A stretch of DNA of 62,735 nt, filler included, from Circinaria calcarea (lineage: Eukaryota), in assembly GCA_051942165.1 (NCBI GenBank). It is 19 parts of 19 records of this genome, joined end to end, with 100 filler letters (N's around TTAATTAATTAA, not from the genome) between each part and the next. Parts side by side here need not be neighbours in the genome. Positions count along the whole stretch, not along the records: positions 1 to 3,226 come from JAVECS010002961.1; positions 3,327 to 6,552 come from JAVECS010002962.1; positions 6,653 to 9,877 come from JAVECS010002963.1; positions 9,978 to 13,197 come from JAVECS010002964.1; 15 more parts are not named here. One strand, 5' to 3'. This document shows positions 1 to 12,422 of the stretch, piece by piece; within the stretch, counting starts at the first letter, position 1; each line of letters begins with the position of its first letter. The notes under the pieces were generated by a model that was given only the letters and a program-made list of their open reading frames with translations, was not told the origin of the DNA and did no database searches. Position numbers and translations under genes: made by a program.

Positions 1-1859
1 AGATATTCACTGCTGATAGACTGAATCAAGCGGTCTTCACAGCCTACCTGTCAACCATTCACCGGATATTCCCCGTGCCATCCTGAACGCTTAGGCTAGC
101 TCTCCATTGATCCACTTAAGCTTGTGCATCACAGATATCTCTACTCCCTGAACCCTGGTGATACGTCCTAATGGGGAAAGCCCCGGCCTCCTCCGCTACA
201 ACCTACCTTTACTACAATATAATCATCATCTCCTATATATGAGTCACTAGAAATACAATTAGATGAAGGTAAAGCAGTCCCAAGTTTCCTCAGAGGAGGT
301 GTTATAGAGCAATACGGGCGGGAACATGTATGAGTAGTAGAGATGGGTACATCGAAATACTGTCCTGATCTATTACTCCCTTACCATATACTCCATATCC
401 GCTCAAGATGTCTGACCTTAAAATGGTAGTCCAGGTCACCCTGAGCTAGAAATAATATGTCTCGCGAGCACCTTAACTCATTGTGTTGGGAAGTCATTGC
501 AACTGATAGCAGGACTACGCTGAGGGGATTGAGTAGATAGTCGGTGGACGGAAATGGTCTCATCTCTCTTCAGTATTGCCATTGACAACTGTGTTGAACG
601 TAAGTGACCTCCAGACGTTAATATGCTGGGTGCTAACGCCGTATATAGGAACAAACGATCATATTTCAAAAATGCAATCTCAAAAGCGATCTCGAGTAGC
701 CGCAGAGGATGCCACGGATGTGAGTGACTGCATTGTCGTAGCTCCTCCTAGGTTCAAGAAATCTCGGAACGACTGCGGTGGCGAGCTTTTCTAACGCTGA
801 TGTTCCGCCCAGGAGCTACCCGAAGTGAGCGCCATGGCCGGACTTATTATAAACGCCTCTGCAGATCTTGCGGCAGCAATAACAGCACAAATATGAGCTA
901 CATTTATAATTCATGATGTAAATCATAGCATCATAGACGCTAGTACAACTACCACAGCTCAGCGCTGTGGGTATGGACTTATTCGTCTCAATTGCTGGAA
1001 AGTGGCTGTAGGGCTGGAAAGAAAGCAAAACTTGCGCTGTGGACAGCGAAATCGCAGCACATGGTTACAAGATAACGAACGCGGATCTCTAACGATGTAG
1101 AGAAAAGTAAGGTATACTGGCTCTACCATACGCACCATCGGCCAACCAACGAAACTTCAGCTTTTGCATATACAGAGTACCAGGAATGCAAGACTTCAAG
1201 TAGGCTAGTGTCCTGGACCTCGATCTTCAATGGAGAGCGTTCGCTTTTTAGCCCTCACCAGTAGATCCTAACGATAATCGATTTGCGGACAAGTCTAAGA
1301 ATGCGCCTTTGTTCCTCCACGTAACTGATACCAGAGGAGGAGACGCGAAATGGTGCTGGAGCAAACATGCTTACCTACAAACAAAAGACATTCAAAATGC
1401 TTTACGAAGCCTACGTCCCAGGCCGGTATAATACCAGGGCCCCTCAAGATGGAATTCAGGCATTGGAATAGCTGATGGTCTACGTCAGAAAACACAGAGG
1501 TGAGCGGTAAAAGGTAAAAGAGAGGAGCTATGGCTGCCAGCAATGGACCACCACCAAACCAAAGCTTTCACCAAAACGAGCACTATAGCGGGTATATGCA
1601 ATATGCGTATCCTATTTTTCACTTCCTTCTCATTCTCCTACAGAGTGGTTTTATGCCAAGTGGTTATTTCATGTCTTTTTCTCCCGAAAGTGACACCTTT
1701 CCCTTGAATGTTTTGCACTGAACATACTTCCACGTGTGATCGAGCCAATGCTTGCCGTATATAACATATGAAGGAGGCTTCATCCTCTGGATTGATGGGG
1801 ATTCTGGCTGACATATATGTGTGAGATAGTGAAAATATGAATCATCCCGGTTACATCCT

Positions 1860-2700
1860 CGTGAACGGCCGCGCGGTGGCCTCGTCTGCGGTGTTCCCAG
1901 CCTTCATCACCCCGCAAGGGGTTCCGCGTCAGTTGACGCTTGCCGAACGCCGCTTACGAGCCTTACTTTAACGCCGCGATTATTTCGTCAAAAAAATAAT
2001 TTAACTTCTAGATAAGCGGTATTTATTATCGAAAGAAGGAATATAACGGCGTTACCGTATAACCGTTTACGCTGTTGGGGCTTACGTAAGCCGACCAGTA
2101 TTTTAGCGAACTCTCTTGCTCTTACCTAGTTACATGAACATGCAGAAAATTCCATGATCCTTGAACGTAGTGCATTGCAGGAACACATTGAGTGCATTGC
2201 AGGAACACAACGCCAGCACTACTAGCGAAAGGATTTTTAAAGGGTGTTTCTTCGCGCTGAGGCGTCCTAAGTGTGCCGAGTGTACCCGTAATAATGGCTT
2301 GTGTCGTGGGGCTCTTCGTAAGATTTCCAGTCTTATTACTTAGCCTTATTAACTAACCTCTTGCGGATCTTACAGTGGTGGTACCACCACCTCCCGCGGC
2401 CTCGACCTCTACCGCCCCTACCGTCGCCGCCGCCCCTCCTGGCCCTACTACGGATACTCGAATTATCGATTTATCAGTGATCCTTTCTTTAATAGGGCAG
2501 ATATATAAGCCATTAAGATTTTTTATAATCGTCTTTTTCTAAATAATTCTGATTCTAAAGAGCTTCTTACCCTCCGGAGGAACCTGATAGTGATGTTGCG
2601 TACGTCACGAGAGCTTTATCTTTCTTTAAATACCACGGAGGAGTTATCTGCGGGGGAGGAGAGTTCTGAAGGAGAGGAGGGCGAGGAAATGGAAGAGTGA
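1860..2700 (+). pseudogene. RIP-like degenerated gene or repeat remnant with a Cys motif and acidic tail
   Basis: CA/TG-poor, TA-rich tract with CG retained. Broken frame contains GCFFALRRPKCAECTRNNGLC, an intron-like GTAAGA..CTAAC..TTACAG (about 2318-2375) and ends EESSEGEEGEEMEE*. Confidence 0.45.
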
Positions 2701-3226
2701 GTTTTGAGGGCCTCGAGGATAATATTTACTCGAGAGGTTTTTTATTTCTATATGATGTCTGCGGCCTGCAGTTATAATAATATAAGGCGCTTACGCAGGA
2801 GTCCTGGCGGCCTGGTAAGATATATCAAGACGAGGGGATCTTAGGTGGCTTCGGCCTGAGTATTCGGTGGAAAAACGAACTCCCATTTAATTTTGACCAT
2901 GGAAAACTCCTCGAGCGCTAGACATCGGCTACTCGGCAGGCCAGTACATTGGATATCAGATTCTCGTGGGTCACTCCATAAATATAAACGGCAGAGCAGG
3001 CTTTCTGATTTAGCACCCAGTGGCTTATCCAAATGAAAAAGTAATACAGTGGAGGGGTTAACGGTGTAGTATGGTTCTGTTTAAACTGTTTTGAGAACCT
3101 CTAGGAAGAGGCGGGATCACCAGAAGAATTGGAAGCAATAAAGCATCTGGGTAGCCTCTCTAAATAAGGAGAAATACTCTATCCGATCACAAAGGAACAT
3201 GGATAAACCAGTTTGCTGCTGAGATC

Positions 3227-3326
3227 NNNNNNNNNNNNNNNNNNNNNNNNNNNNNNNNNNNNNNNNNNNNTTAATTAATTAANNNNNNNNNNNNNNNNNN
3301 NNNNNNNNNNNNNNNNNNNNNNNNNN
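3227..3326. other. Artificial contig spacer (44N-TTAATTAATTAA-44N), first of 18 copies
   Basis: Same 100-bp spacer at 3227, 6553, 9878, 13198, 16509, 19819, 23127, 26435, 29741, 33046, 36351, 39655, 42956, 46257, 49554, 52851, 56146 and 59441. Contig lengths never increase (3226 to 3195 bp). Confidence 0.99.
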
Positions 3327-3606
3327 GTGGAGGAGAGGCGAGGTCATGTGGTTTGGGTGAGGTGGTTGTGGGAGGGGAGGGCTCGGAGGTTTGGTACTCC
3401 GTATGTTGGAGGAGATTGTGGGGATTTTGCCGGCCGGCAGAGGATTTAATCAGATAAAGTGTGCTTCCAGGCCCCGAGGGGGGAATTGGGAAGAATCATC
3501 CCATTGTACGTACACTCACTCACTCACGTTCATCACAGCTACCATGACAAATTGGCAACAAGTAATACCATGATAATCTTAAATTTCTGGCAGAAAAAGT
3601 CCTTCT

Positions 3607-4977
3607 CTATGTCGTATACTCCTTTTGCAGTAATTTGGCAATTGTCTGCAACTGGATATTACTCGTCCCCTCGTAAATGGCCCCAATCTTACTATCCCGG
3701 AACATCTTTTCCGCGATCCCCTCTCTGACAAAGCCCATGCCGCCCATCCACTCAATCGCCAACCCGCTCACTCGGCCTGCTACCTGTGACGCGAACAACT
3801 TCGCCATTGCTGCATCTCGAACAAAATCTTCGCCCGCTTCTTTCTTACGAGCAGCGTTGTAGACGAGGCCGCGGGCGGCGGAAATTTCCGTATAAGCTTG
3901 TGCCATTTGATGTTGCATGCCTTGGAACTCGCCGACTAATTGCCCGAATTGCTTCCGGTCGTTCCAGACGTACTTGGCAGCGTTTTCCCAGGCGCCAAGA
4001 GCAAGCCCAGTCATTTGCGCTGCGATGCCGATTCTACCTTCGTTGAGGAGCCCAATCGCGTATTTGTACCCTTGACCCTCTTCGCCGAGGAGCTGATCTC
4101 TTGGGATTTCCATGTCGTCGAAGTTGACGACGCATGTACTGCTTGCCTTGATACCGAGCTTCTTCTCCTTTTTGGCAATTGAGAATCCTTTGGTTGATTT
4201 CTCGGCCACGAAGGCTGTAATGCCCTTGTAGCCTTTGGAGGGATCAAGGTTCGCGAAGACGATGAAGAAGTCTGCTTCCATGGAGTTGGTAATCCACATC
4301 TTTGAACCATTTATTTTGTAGCCAGATGGGGTTTTTTCGGCACGAGTACGTAGGGCGAAGGCGTCTGAACCGGATGCAGGCTCAGAGAGACAGAAAGAAC
4401 CAACTGTCTCCGTTGCAAGTCGTGGTAGCCATTTCCGCTTTGACTCGGCGGTGCCATATTTCAGTATTGCCGTATTTACCAAAGTATTGTGGACGTCCAC
4501 CAGAACGCTGACACTCGGGTCTACCCTCGCCAGCTCCTCAATACCCACAATCCCAGCGGTAAAGTTCATTCCTGCACCGCCGTATTCCTCCGGGATCTCA
4601 ATGCCCATCAGACCTTGCTCGAAGAGTTGCTCGACCAGGCCGGGGTCCATTTTCTCCGCTTCATCCATTTCGCGGACTTTGGGGAGCATGACCTCTTGGG
4701 CGAACTTGGAGACGGATTCGGCCATCATGGTTTCGGTTTCGGACATGTGGGAGATTGGAGTTGGTGGAACGGAAGTTATGTCGAGGACGTCGGCTTGGCG
4801 CCGGCGTGCGGTGCTGGAGAGGGGACGCGCACTGGTTGGTTGATTAGCACACTAGAAAGGCATTGTCATGAGAGGGGGCGTCAGGTACCATCGTACTAAT
4901 CTCGGGAATGCTCGTATTGGTGAGGGCTGAGAAGCAACCCGTGAAAGAGGCTGGAATGATTTGATTATCGAAGCCAT
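3607..4977 (-). CDS. Short/branched-chain acyl-CoA dehydrogenase, mitochondrial (ACADSB-like), complete, 2 exons
   Basis: Motifs GSFCLSEPASGSDA, INGSKMWITNS, LNEGRIGIAAQ, IYEGTSNIQ. Presequence-like exon 1 MASIIKSFQPLSRVASQ (4977-4889) and a 57-bp GT..CAG intron (4888-4832) restore frame. Confidence 0.93.
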
Positions 4978-5465
4978 ATCTTAAGCCAGCGGGTACACTT
5001 GATATTGGACTCAGGTGCGGGCACACGGTTTCTGACAGGAAGAAATCTGGAGGAGATCAAGAGAGAGAGAAAATCATCAAAGGAGCATGACCGCTATGAA
5101 GTGTCCGCACATGTTTACCGTAATCTTAGTCCATATTCTACTTTTTGATGCGCCGCTTTGACCTCGGCTTGTTGGATCTAATCTTGGGCTAATGCTAAAA
5201 GAGGGTAGTGGCGCATTAGCCACAGCAAAGCCACAGATGTGCGTCATCTTGCGTTTCGACAGCGATTGTGGGGCGGGGACCTTGGCAGGAGCGACGAGCA
5301 CTACATATCGGCTTGGACCGCGCAAAGCTTATCCAAGGTACTTTTGGTTCTTCAGACCTTCCAACTCCAACGGCACCGAACCCGCACTTGAACTTAGCCT
5401 GCCAAAGTCTGCCGACTGCTATTGTTCCATCCACCGGTACCAGTGCTCGAGGCTTCTCCACTACG

Positions 5466-6552
5466 ATGTCCGCTGGACACAACGACCCTCGACTGCTTTA
5501 CAGCGTCGGCAATGTTACCGCTTATCACCTTCAAAATGGCGAGGAATCTGTAATCTCACCTTCCGGGCCACAGACGTTGTCTCTGCTGATGGTCCCTACT
5601 TCTTCGCCATTCGCAGATTTATCCTCGGCCGAACCTCAGAGTGCCGCGCCCGAAGAGGACTTTTACTTGCATCTCCATCTACCACCAGAATTAGACCTCT
5701 CTTTGCCCGCCACCACCCAAATCTACCATCAGCCACCGCGTAGCTATTTGATTCCAAGATGGGACCTGGGCCCTGATAGCGGAGCTTTCACTCGGATCGA
5801 GTTTGGGAAAGGGACTAGCCAAGAAGACATTGACACGTTTGAGACGATAATTGCCCAATGTACGGCTTTTCTGGAGCGTGCCAAGCCCCCAACTGGCAAA
5901 GGGCACGGAGAGTACAACCCAGCAGACTATGCCCCAGGGCAGGGTTACGTGGGTCGCGATACCAAGGGATCGCATCAGGGGCACATTGTCTTGGTCGATG
6001 AGGAGAATGGGAGTGTTGTTGGCGAGCTTAGCGAAGGCTTTGAAGTTGTTGAAGGGGCTGATGTGAAGCACGGATCTAAGAGTGCGTAGGCCAGTGGGGG
6101 ATCATGGTATAGTGGCTAACCATGATATAGATCCTGTTGAGATACAATTGCCGCAACAAGGCCAAGGAAACCGCATTAGCGTGAACAACGTATCAGAGGA
6201 GTATCTCAAACTAGCAAGACATCCGGCATATAAAGACTCCACCATTGTCCAAAATGCCGCCACAGCTTCCCGCCTGATCGTTACTGGTTCTGGCTATTTA
6301 GCCAATGCCTTGAACGCAGGAGCAGACTCCTTTACGAAAAAGACTAAACCAAATCCTCAGCCGATGACTTTTGGCCCAACAACTCAGGCTAGAGTGAGAA
6401 AGCTCAACAGCCTTACAGCAGGTGCGGTTGGATTATCTGCTAAGACAATCGGTCAAGTCAACAAGTATGCTCAGAACATTGGAGCCGGTATGACACGACG
6501 GGGCGAGCAGAAGCAGAAGGGTGCCAAGGGGTACGACAAAGATGGTCGGCCA
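5466..6552 (+). CDS. Spartin/senescence-domain protein, 3' partial
   Basis: MSAGHNDPRLLYSV..SGPQTLSLLMVPT..GHIVLVDEENGSVVGEL, intron at about 6082-6130, then IVQNAATASRLIVTGSGYLANAL typical of the fungal senescence-domain family. Cut by the spacer. Confidence 0.75.
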
Positions 6553-6652
6553 NNNNNNNNNNNNNNNNNNNNNNNNNNNNNNNNNNNNNNNNNNNNTTAA
6601 TTAATTAANNNNNNNNNNNNNNNNNNNNNNNNNNNNNNNNNNNNNNNNNNNN

Positions 6653-6813
6653 CGATACTTGACTTTGACAAGGTTGCTCTCATGGACGGTGGTGAACTTC
6701 TAGAGTTTGACAGTCCTCATGCCTTATTATCACGGCCGTCGGCTTTTCATCGACTTTACAATAGTGTGATGGTAGAGCAGATAGACAGTGTCCCAGAGCA
6801 AGGCAGGGTATAA
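6653..6813 (+). CDS. C-terminal end of an ABCC/MRP-type ABC transporter, 5' partial
   Basis: ILDFDKVALMDGGELLEFDSPHALLSRPSAFHRLY..*, the typical NBD2 tail after the H-loop. Confidence 0.8.
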
Positions 6814-9748
6814 CCTCGATGTCATGGGGCGGGTTGTCATCGTGGTCAGCATCAGCAGCTGTATCGGCAAAGACAGGTATAAAAAGTAAGAAGTTGAGAG
6901 TATGATTATTTCAGAGGCTCCTATAGTCTTGTTCATTCACTCATGATTATTTCTCGATCAAATATGCTATTTATACATAACACCTTGCTTGCTATATTAT
7001 AACGTGAAAATAATATGGCTTGCTATGATACATCGAGACAATATAGTGCTTGCTGTATAAAATATTGCCTGCTATATTTAACCAGTCAGAATTAAATTGA
7101 GTTCTTCCTCGCCCCTGTAGCATTATGCAAGCTACGGACTATTGTTAAGGCATCTAGGCATATGCTTTTTAAAACCTTGCTGCATAGATAGTACGCTTTC
7201 AGTGTCCCGAGAAACTCTACCTTGCTCGATCCCGCATTAGGGCTTGGTTACGTGCCTTAACGGTGTTTGTTCTGGTCCGAAGCTGTTATACAAACTTTTC
7301 CTGCCCAATTCAAAAAGCTTGCTATTCGAAGCTCCCGTCCAGGTCCGCTCCATCCCGGTCGTCCCCCGCGATCCTGCAATCATAGTCTCGCACACCTTTG
7401 ATATGTTAGCTTCCGAAAGTTCCTCGATTCTCTCTAATTTCCCCCATGAAACGGGTAGTCCGATCTCCGGGAGATTAGTGTGACGGCAAATCCACGTGCC
7501 ACGATCTCAGTAGCCTCATATACATATTAATCGCGCATCTCGCCCGATGAGGAGCTAAGCCATAAACGGTCTATACAGAATTGGAAGGAGGCACACTGGT
7601 AATACTGTTTCTTGAGGGTGTCTGATACTTGACCGAAATACTCCGGTGGTTTGACTGCGTGGCGACTGTGTCGGTTCTAACTGCTTTAATGGACGATACA
7701 ATGCATGGCTGCAGCCACCACGAAGCTGCACCAATTCAGCCTGAGAAGATGCTGGGCCGCTTGTAAGATTCTACGATGACGCCGCTGGTCTGGCTGTAAG
7801 TATGGGTCTGCAGTGCCACGGAGCCACTTACCCAAACAGGTCTATTCCCTGAGACTGATCCAGAACTGTCATTTGGCAATTTTTCCCGTAGTAGAGCATG
7901 GCATTGCTGACAGTTCAGGTCGGGTGGTGGCGTGTTGTATCGGCGCTCTCGGATTCCTTCTTCAGTAGCTTTTCGATTCTCGTTATGGCATCTCTTCATG
8001 CGAGCACTGGAAATTCCACGCGGCCCGCATTTCTCAGGTAGCCAGCCACGCGTGGGGGGAAGAAGGGTGGTGGTGAGTGGGGATGCAATTGCCTTGGTCA
8101 AGCGGCGGCAATACGATTGATATAACCAAAGGGTGTGGTTTTACATCTCCACACGGCATTACGCAAGAGCTCCAGTGAGAAGCCCAAGCTAGGAATATGT
8201 ACATGGTCGGCGAAGAGCAGCCACGGTAACAGGACACATCACCGTTCAAAGCCACCTGACGGGTTCAACGATATGCACTAACAGTGAGCTGAGAGCTGCT
8301 GAAGGCCGATCACAGGCCCCAATTGGGTTGATCCCAAGCCTCAAGTTCAAGCCTCTGCTGCATGTGGTCATCGTGGGTGTGACGGGGTATGGAAGGAAGC
8401 CCATGGGTCAGCAAATTAGAACTGCGCAGCTAGAAGAGATGCAGGAAGCGAGCGGAAGCCAGGGAGACAAAACCGGATGCGGTGGGAAAACGAGCAGCGA
8501 AAAACGAGCAGGGAAAAAAGGCCTAGCTCACTTGGCCAGCCTTGCATTGAAGTGATCAGGGTAGCCATCCACCAAACATCGAGCTGTCATCCCTGCCGTC
8601 AATCCAGGCCCACGGCTCCCAAGAAAAAAACAAAGTTGTCCCCCTGTCTGGACCGAAATTCCCCGCGAACGCCCCAAAGTGGTGCAGTGGAGTCCGAATG
8701 CGGTAAGAAACGGTCGGGCGTATTCTGGACCTCCGCAGTGCTGTGGGACACCACGCGAACCCTACAGCGGCATGATGTTGCAGATCCCAACGGCAAATCC
8801 GGCGCCAGTTTTAGCGTGGGGGGAAACGAGTGGATGTGAGGCATCTCGACGTGGAAGACTTTGGGTCGAGAAGAGGTGAGGAATTCTCGAATCGTGCAAT
8901 CATCTCCGTGCTTGCATACACAACCAGTTTTCCACTTGCGCCGTTACGAGCGACGGTCACGCGAGTCTAGTCCAGCAAGTGTACCAGGATTGCACAAAGC
9001 CGCAGCAACAAGGGGCCCCCATGGGGACGAGGACTCGCAAGCCTGTGAGGGTAAAGTCTCGCAAGGGGCCGAGGTAAGGGAGCAAGGAGTGTGCATGCGG
9101 TGACCCGCATGTCGTAACCATGCAGAGCTGCCAGTGCCATGCGCTAAGATAAGATCTTGCGCTACGGCCGCCACTCAGCTTCCGAGCGCCTGTCAGCTTA
9201 TTTCAATCGTCGAAACCTTATATCTGCAGGGCCAATCAGGGAGAGCCCATAGCCGATACCAGGGCACAGCGCGCCACGGCCACGCTACGGGCTAATGGAC
9301 GGGGGCTTCCCAGCCGGCTGCGTCGTTAACCATAAAGGACTTTGAGATGAGGCAATTGCCCACCATTGGGAAGGGGGGACCCTGGGGGTTGAACTCCGGG
9401 GCATGCGACCGTGATCCGGGCTGTCCTATTCGCTCGCCAAGTGCGTCTTCCTCTCCCGCTCTCGTATGATAACTTGGATATTGACCGGTCCCCCTTTGGT
9501 CCGAAAGAGGGGAGCAGCTGGCTGCGAATCCGTATACGCCGGGTGGGCCCTTTTTCGTGGCGACGGCCAGACATGGTCCGAGGCGCGTCACCGTTCGTGT
9601 GCAAGGCCGTAAACATGGTCGACATGACTTGGATGTTGCCATGGAGAAAAGGAGGGAGGAATCGACGCTCCCTGCCAAAACTACTACTACCTTTTCCCAG
9701 CAGCCTGCCTCGTTTCTCTCGTGCAACTGCAGCAGAGCGTGGTTGATC

Positions 9749-9877
9749 ATGTTATTTGTGCTATCCACCCTTCTGGCCCTTACTGCCGCTGTTCCCTCGA
9801 ATTCTCGGCCTGAGCCATGGGGTCCATGGACTGCCAAGTCGCACTCCCTCCGCCGGTCCAAACGACAGACTGGTAGC
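9749..9877 (+). CDS. N-terminus of a secreted prepro-protein, 3' partial
   Basis: MLFVLSTLLALTAAVP signal-peptide-like sequence, then ..LRRSKR/QT dibasic Kex2-type site. Cut by the spacer. Confidence 0.55.
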
Positions 9878-9977
9878 NNNNNNNNNNNNNNNNNNNNNNN
9901 NNNNNNNNNNNNNNNNNNNNNTTAATTAATTAANNNNNNNNNNNNNNNNNNNNNNNNNNNNNNNNNNNNNNNNNNNN

Positions 9978-10115
9978 ATCCGCAGCGGTGAAGCCGAATA
10001 AAGATGAGCGATTTACAAAGAGCCTTCGCCAAAGCCAAATTGGCCGGCCTCCCGTTCGAACCGCCAATGCCTCCGGATTTGGTGCAAGGGGGGGAAGAAG
10101 AGGAGGAAGCCGAGG
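9978..10115. repeat. Perfect 138-bp inverted copy of 11274-11411
   Basis: ATCCGCAGCGGTG...GGAAGCCGAGG is the reverse complement of 11274-11411 (5' end of PPE1). Confidence 0.95.
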
Positions 10116-11385
10116 AGACGCGGGCCGAGTGGGGGTTGCGGATTGTGCGGGTGCGGGTGCTGTGTGGGGAGGTTTGATTAGCGGTTCGGATGGCAGGACG
10201 GGAGCTGTTAGGTGGAGAGGGGAAGTTTGAGGGGAAGGATAGGGATGAGGAAATTGAGGAGGGGGGACGTACTGCCACTCTATGGCGGAAGAGAGAGAAG
10301 GAAATGATTTGGGGCGGGTGGAGAGGTAGGATTGCATGCTTTGGAGGGCGTCGATAGCGGAGCCTGTTCTTGTCAACCAGGGACAGCATGGGCTGGTGAT
10401 CATCTACCCGATAAGGATGAAACCGAATAAAGGGTAAGTGGAACTGACCTTCGACGACATCTAGAACAGCATAGCCAAGCACGGCATTTCCAAGTCTGCC
10501 ACTCTTAGCGGCTTCTGTAACTACCGCTCCCCCTAGACTGTGGCCTACTAGCACTAATCCTGGAAGCTCCGGCCACGCCATTTTTTCTTGAGTTAATCTG
10601 ATCACGTGGATGAGATCGTCACTTAGGGTTTCTAGAGCCAGGTTATACACATCCTTATCCTTGGTAGTAGAAGCCTGAGAATCCCCTTGCATATCCTGAA
10701 TTGTCGTTTCTCCATGTTCTCGAGCATCTAGTGATAAGACACCAGCATTCGGGAGAACTTTGCGAATTTCGGAAGCACAGACGGCGAAGGATAAGCCAGA
10801 TGATCCGGCGCCGTGATGGGTAACAAACAAAGGACCTTTGGCGACCGGAGGAGTAAGGTAGACATGGTGGACGATCTTTAGTTCATCCGTCTTTCGTTCG
10901 AGATGAAATTCTTGCGCGAAGAAGTCACTCCATGGGAGTTTGTCTAGGGCGTTTCTGCCATTTGTGGATCTAGGTGGACGGAAAGCGTTAGAACGTAGTC
11001 CTTGGATGAGTATATCTATCCTAGAAAGAAGTAAATCGATTTAGAAGAAATAAATGGTTGATCAATGGCAAGGTGTGGTTTTTTATACAAGCTCAACGAC
11101 ACTTTAGGGCTTACGCCGAGAAGGGGGGCAAACGAACCCCTTAGGTCTGGCAAAGAGATGCTTACTCGGCGAAGGCCTGATTGTCCCCGCAGAAGAAGCC
11201 GACGAGGCTGAAGACGAGTCATCTTCTTGCATAGGATTTGGCAGAGGCCGAAAATAATCATCCCGCTCCTCCACCTCGGCTTCCTCCTCTTCTTCCCCCC
11301 CTTGCACCAAATCCGGAGGCATTGGCGGTTCGAACGGGAGGCCGGCCAATTTGGCTTTGGCGAAGGCTCTTTGTAAATCGCTCAT
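10116..11385 (-). CDS. PPE1: Protein phosphatase methylesterase 1 (PME-1), 3' truncated, multi-exon
   Basis: MSDLQRAFAKAKL start; LFVTHHGAGSSGLSF, LVGHSLGG nucleophile elbow, VLDVVEG|SAIDALQSMQSYLSTRP, RTIRNPHSARVS. Confidence 0.92.
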
Positions 11386-12422
11386 CTTTATTCGGCTTCA
11401 CCGCTGCGGATAGATGGTAGGGATCAACGAATCGGTGGGCTGGATCGGAATTCCACGTGGAAGCGAGGGAAAGATCTGTACGGCACAAATTCCTTATCTC
11501 CTACGGAGTAAAGTTCTTCATCGGGTCGGTAACACAAGAGGCGTCGGATGGTGGGTTCCCCGAGATTGGAGCCGATGCAGGGACTGTATCACAACGGAGC
11601 AAATATGTGTCCGTATCGCAGAAATGCCTCCGACGTGTAAGCGAGCAGTGACCTACTGTAAATAACCAACTTATGCTGTGTAAATTAATTTATATTAGCC
11701 GGCGGCAGCTTGGCACCTCGTGGGGATTATGGAGAACCACGGACCATTTCGGGCGTTTTCAAGCCACCACGTTACAATGATAATTTGGTCCTAAGACAGC
11801 ACAAATGCTAGCTCCTTGATGGCATAATCATGCCGACTCAACCCAAACTTCGACTTATTTTCCCAAACAAAGTAGCAGTACCCTCGGCGCAATCGTCGGA
11901 GGTTTTCTCCTTTTTCCCCGATGATCTTGATATGTTATCTGGGTCCTTGCAGAGGTGATGCGAAAACCGCGCTAACGCTGGCGACCCGGTCTGGTGGAAC
12001 TTGACAGGCGTCACTAGCCCCATGGTTTCGGTAGCGTGTCTCCTAGTGCGGCATTAAAGCTAATTTCCCCAGAGGCGTTCGTCGAGTCGGTAGCCGACTT
12101 CAGAGAAACTATTCCTACAGGCCATCTCCTGCCAATGAGGCCCGGTAGTCTCTTACATCAGCGAAAGCCAAATGTAGGGGATGGTGGCCTTGATTACTTT
12201 TGCAACCCTCACAACACTTGACCCTCCACACCTCGTGATCCGCCTCGACCTGTTCATTTGTAATTTAGGCGGTGGTAGGGGTTGCCCTAAGCTGCCTCGG
12301 TACGAAGTGTTATGCGGGGCCTGAGCTACCCTATAAGTTATACCGGGATCCCGCCATGTACATGTAAGTCCGTATCTTTCCTTGGCTGATATCGCTGCTG
12401 GCTTTCTGGTATTTACTCCATC

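Noticed and set aside
4451..4899. Antisense ORFs over the acyl-CoA dehydrogenase (and similar shadows over SAS3, ARB1 and TMS1)
   Set aside because: Expected antisense shadows of codon-biased genes.
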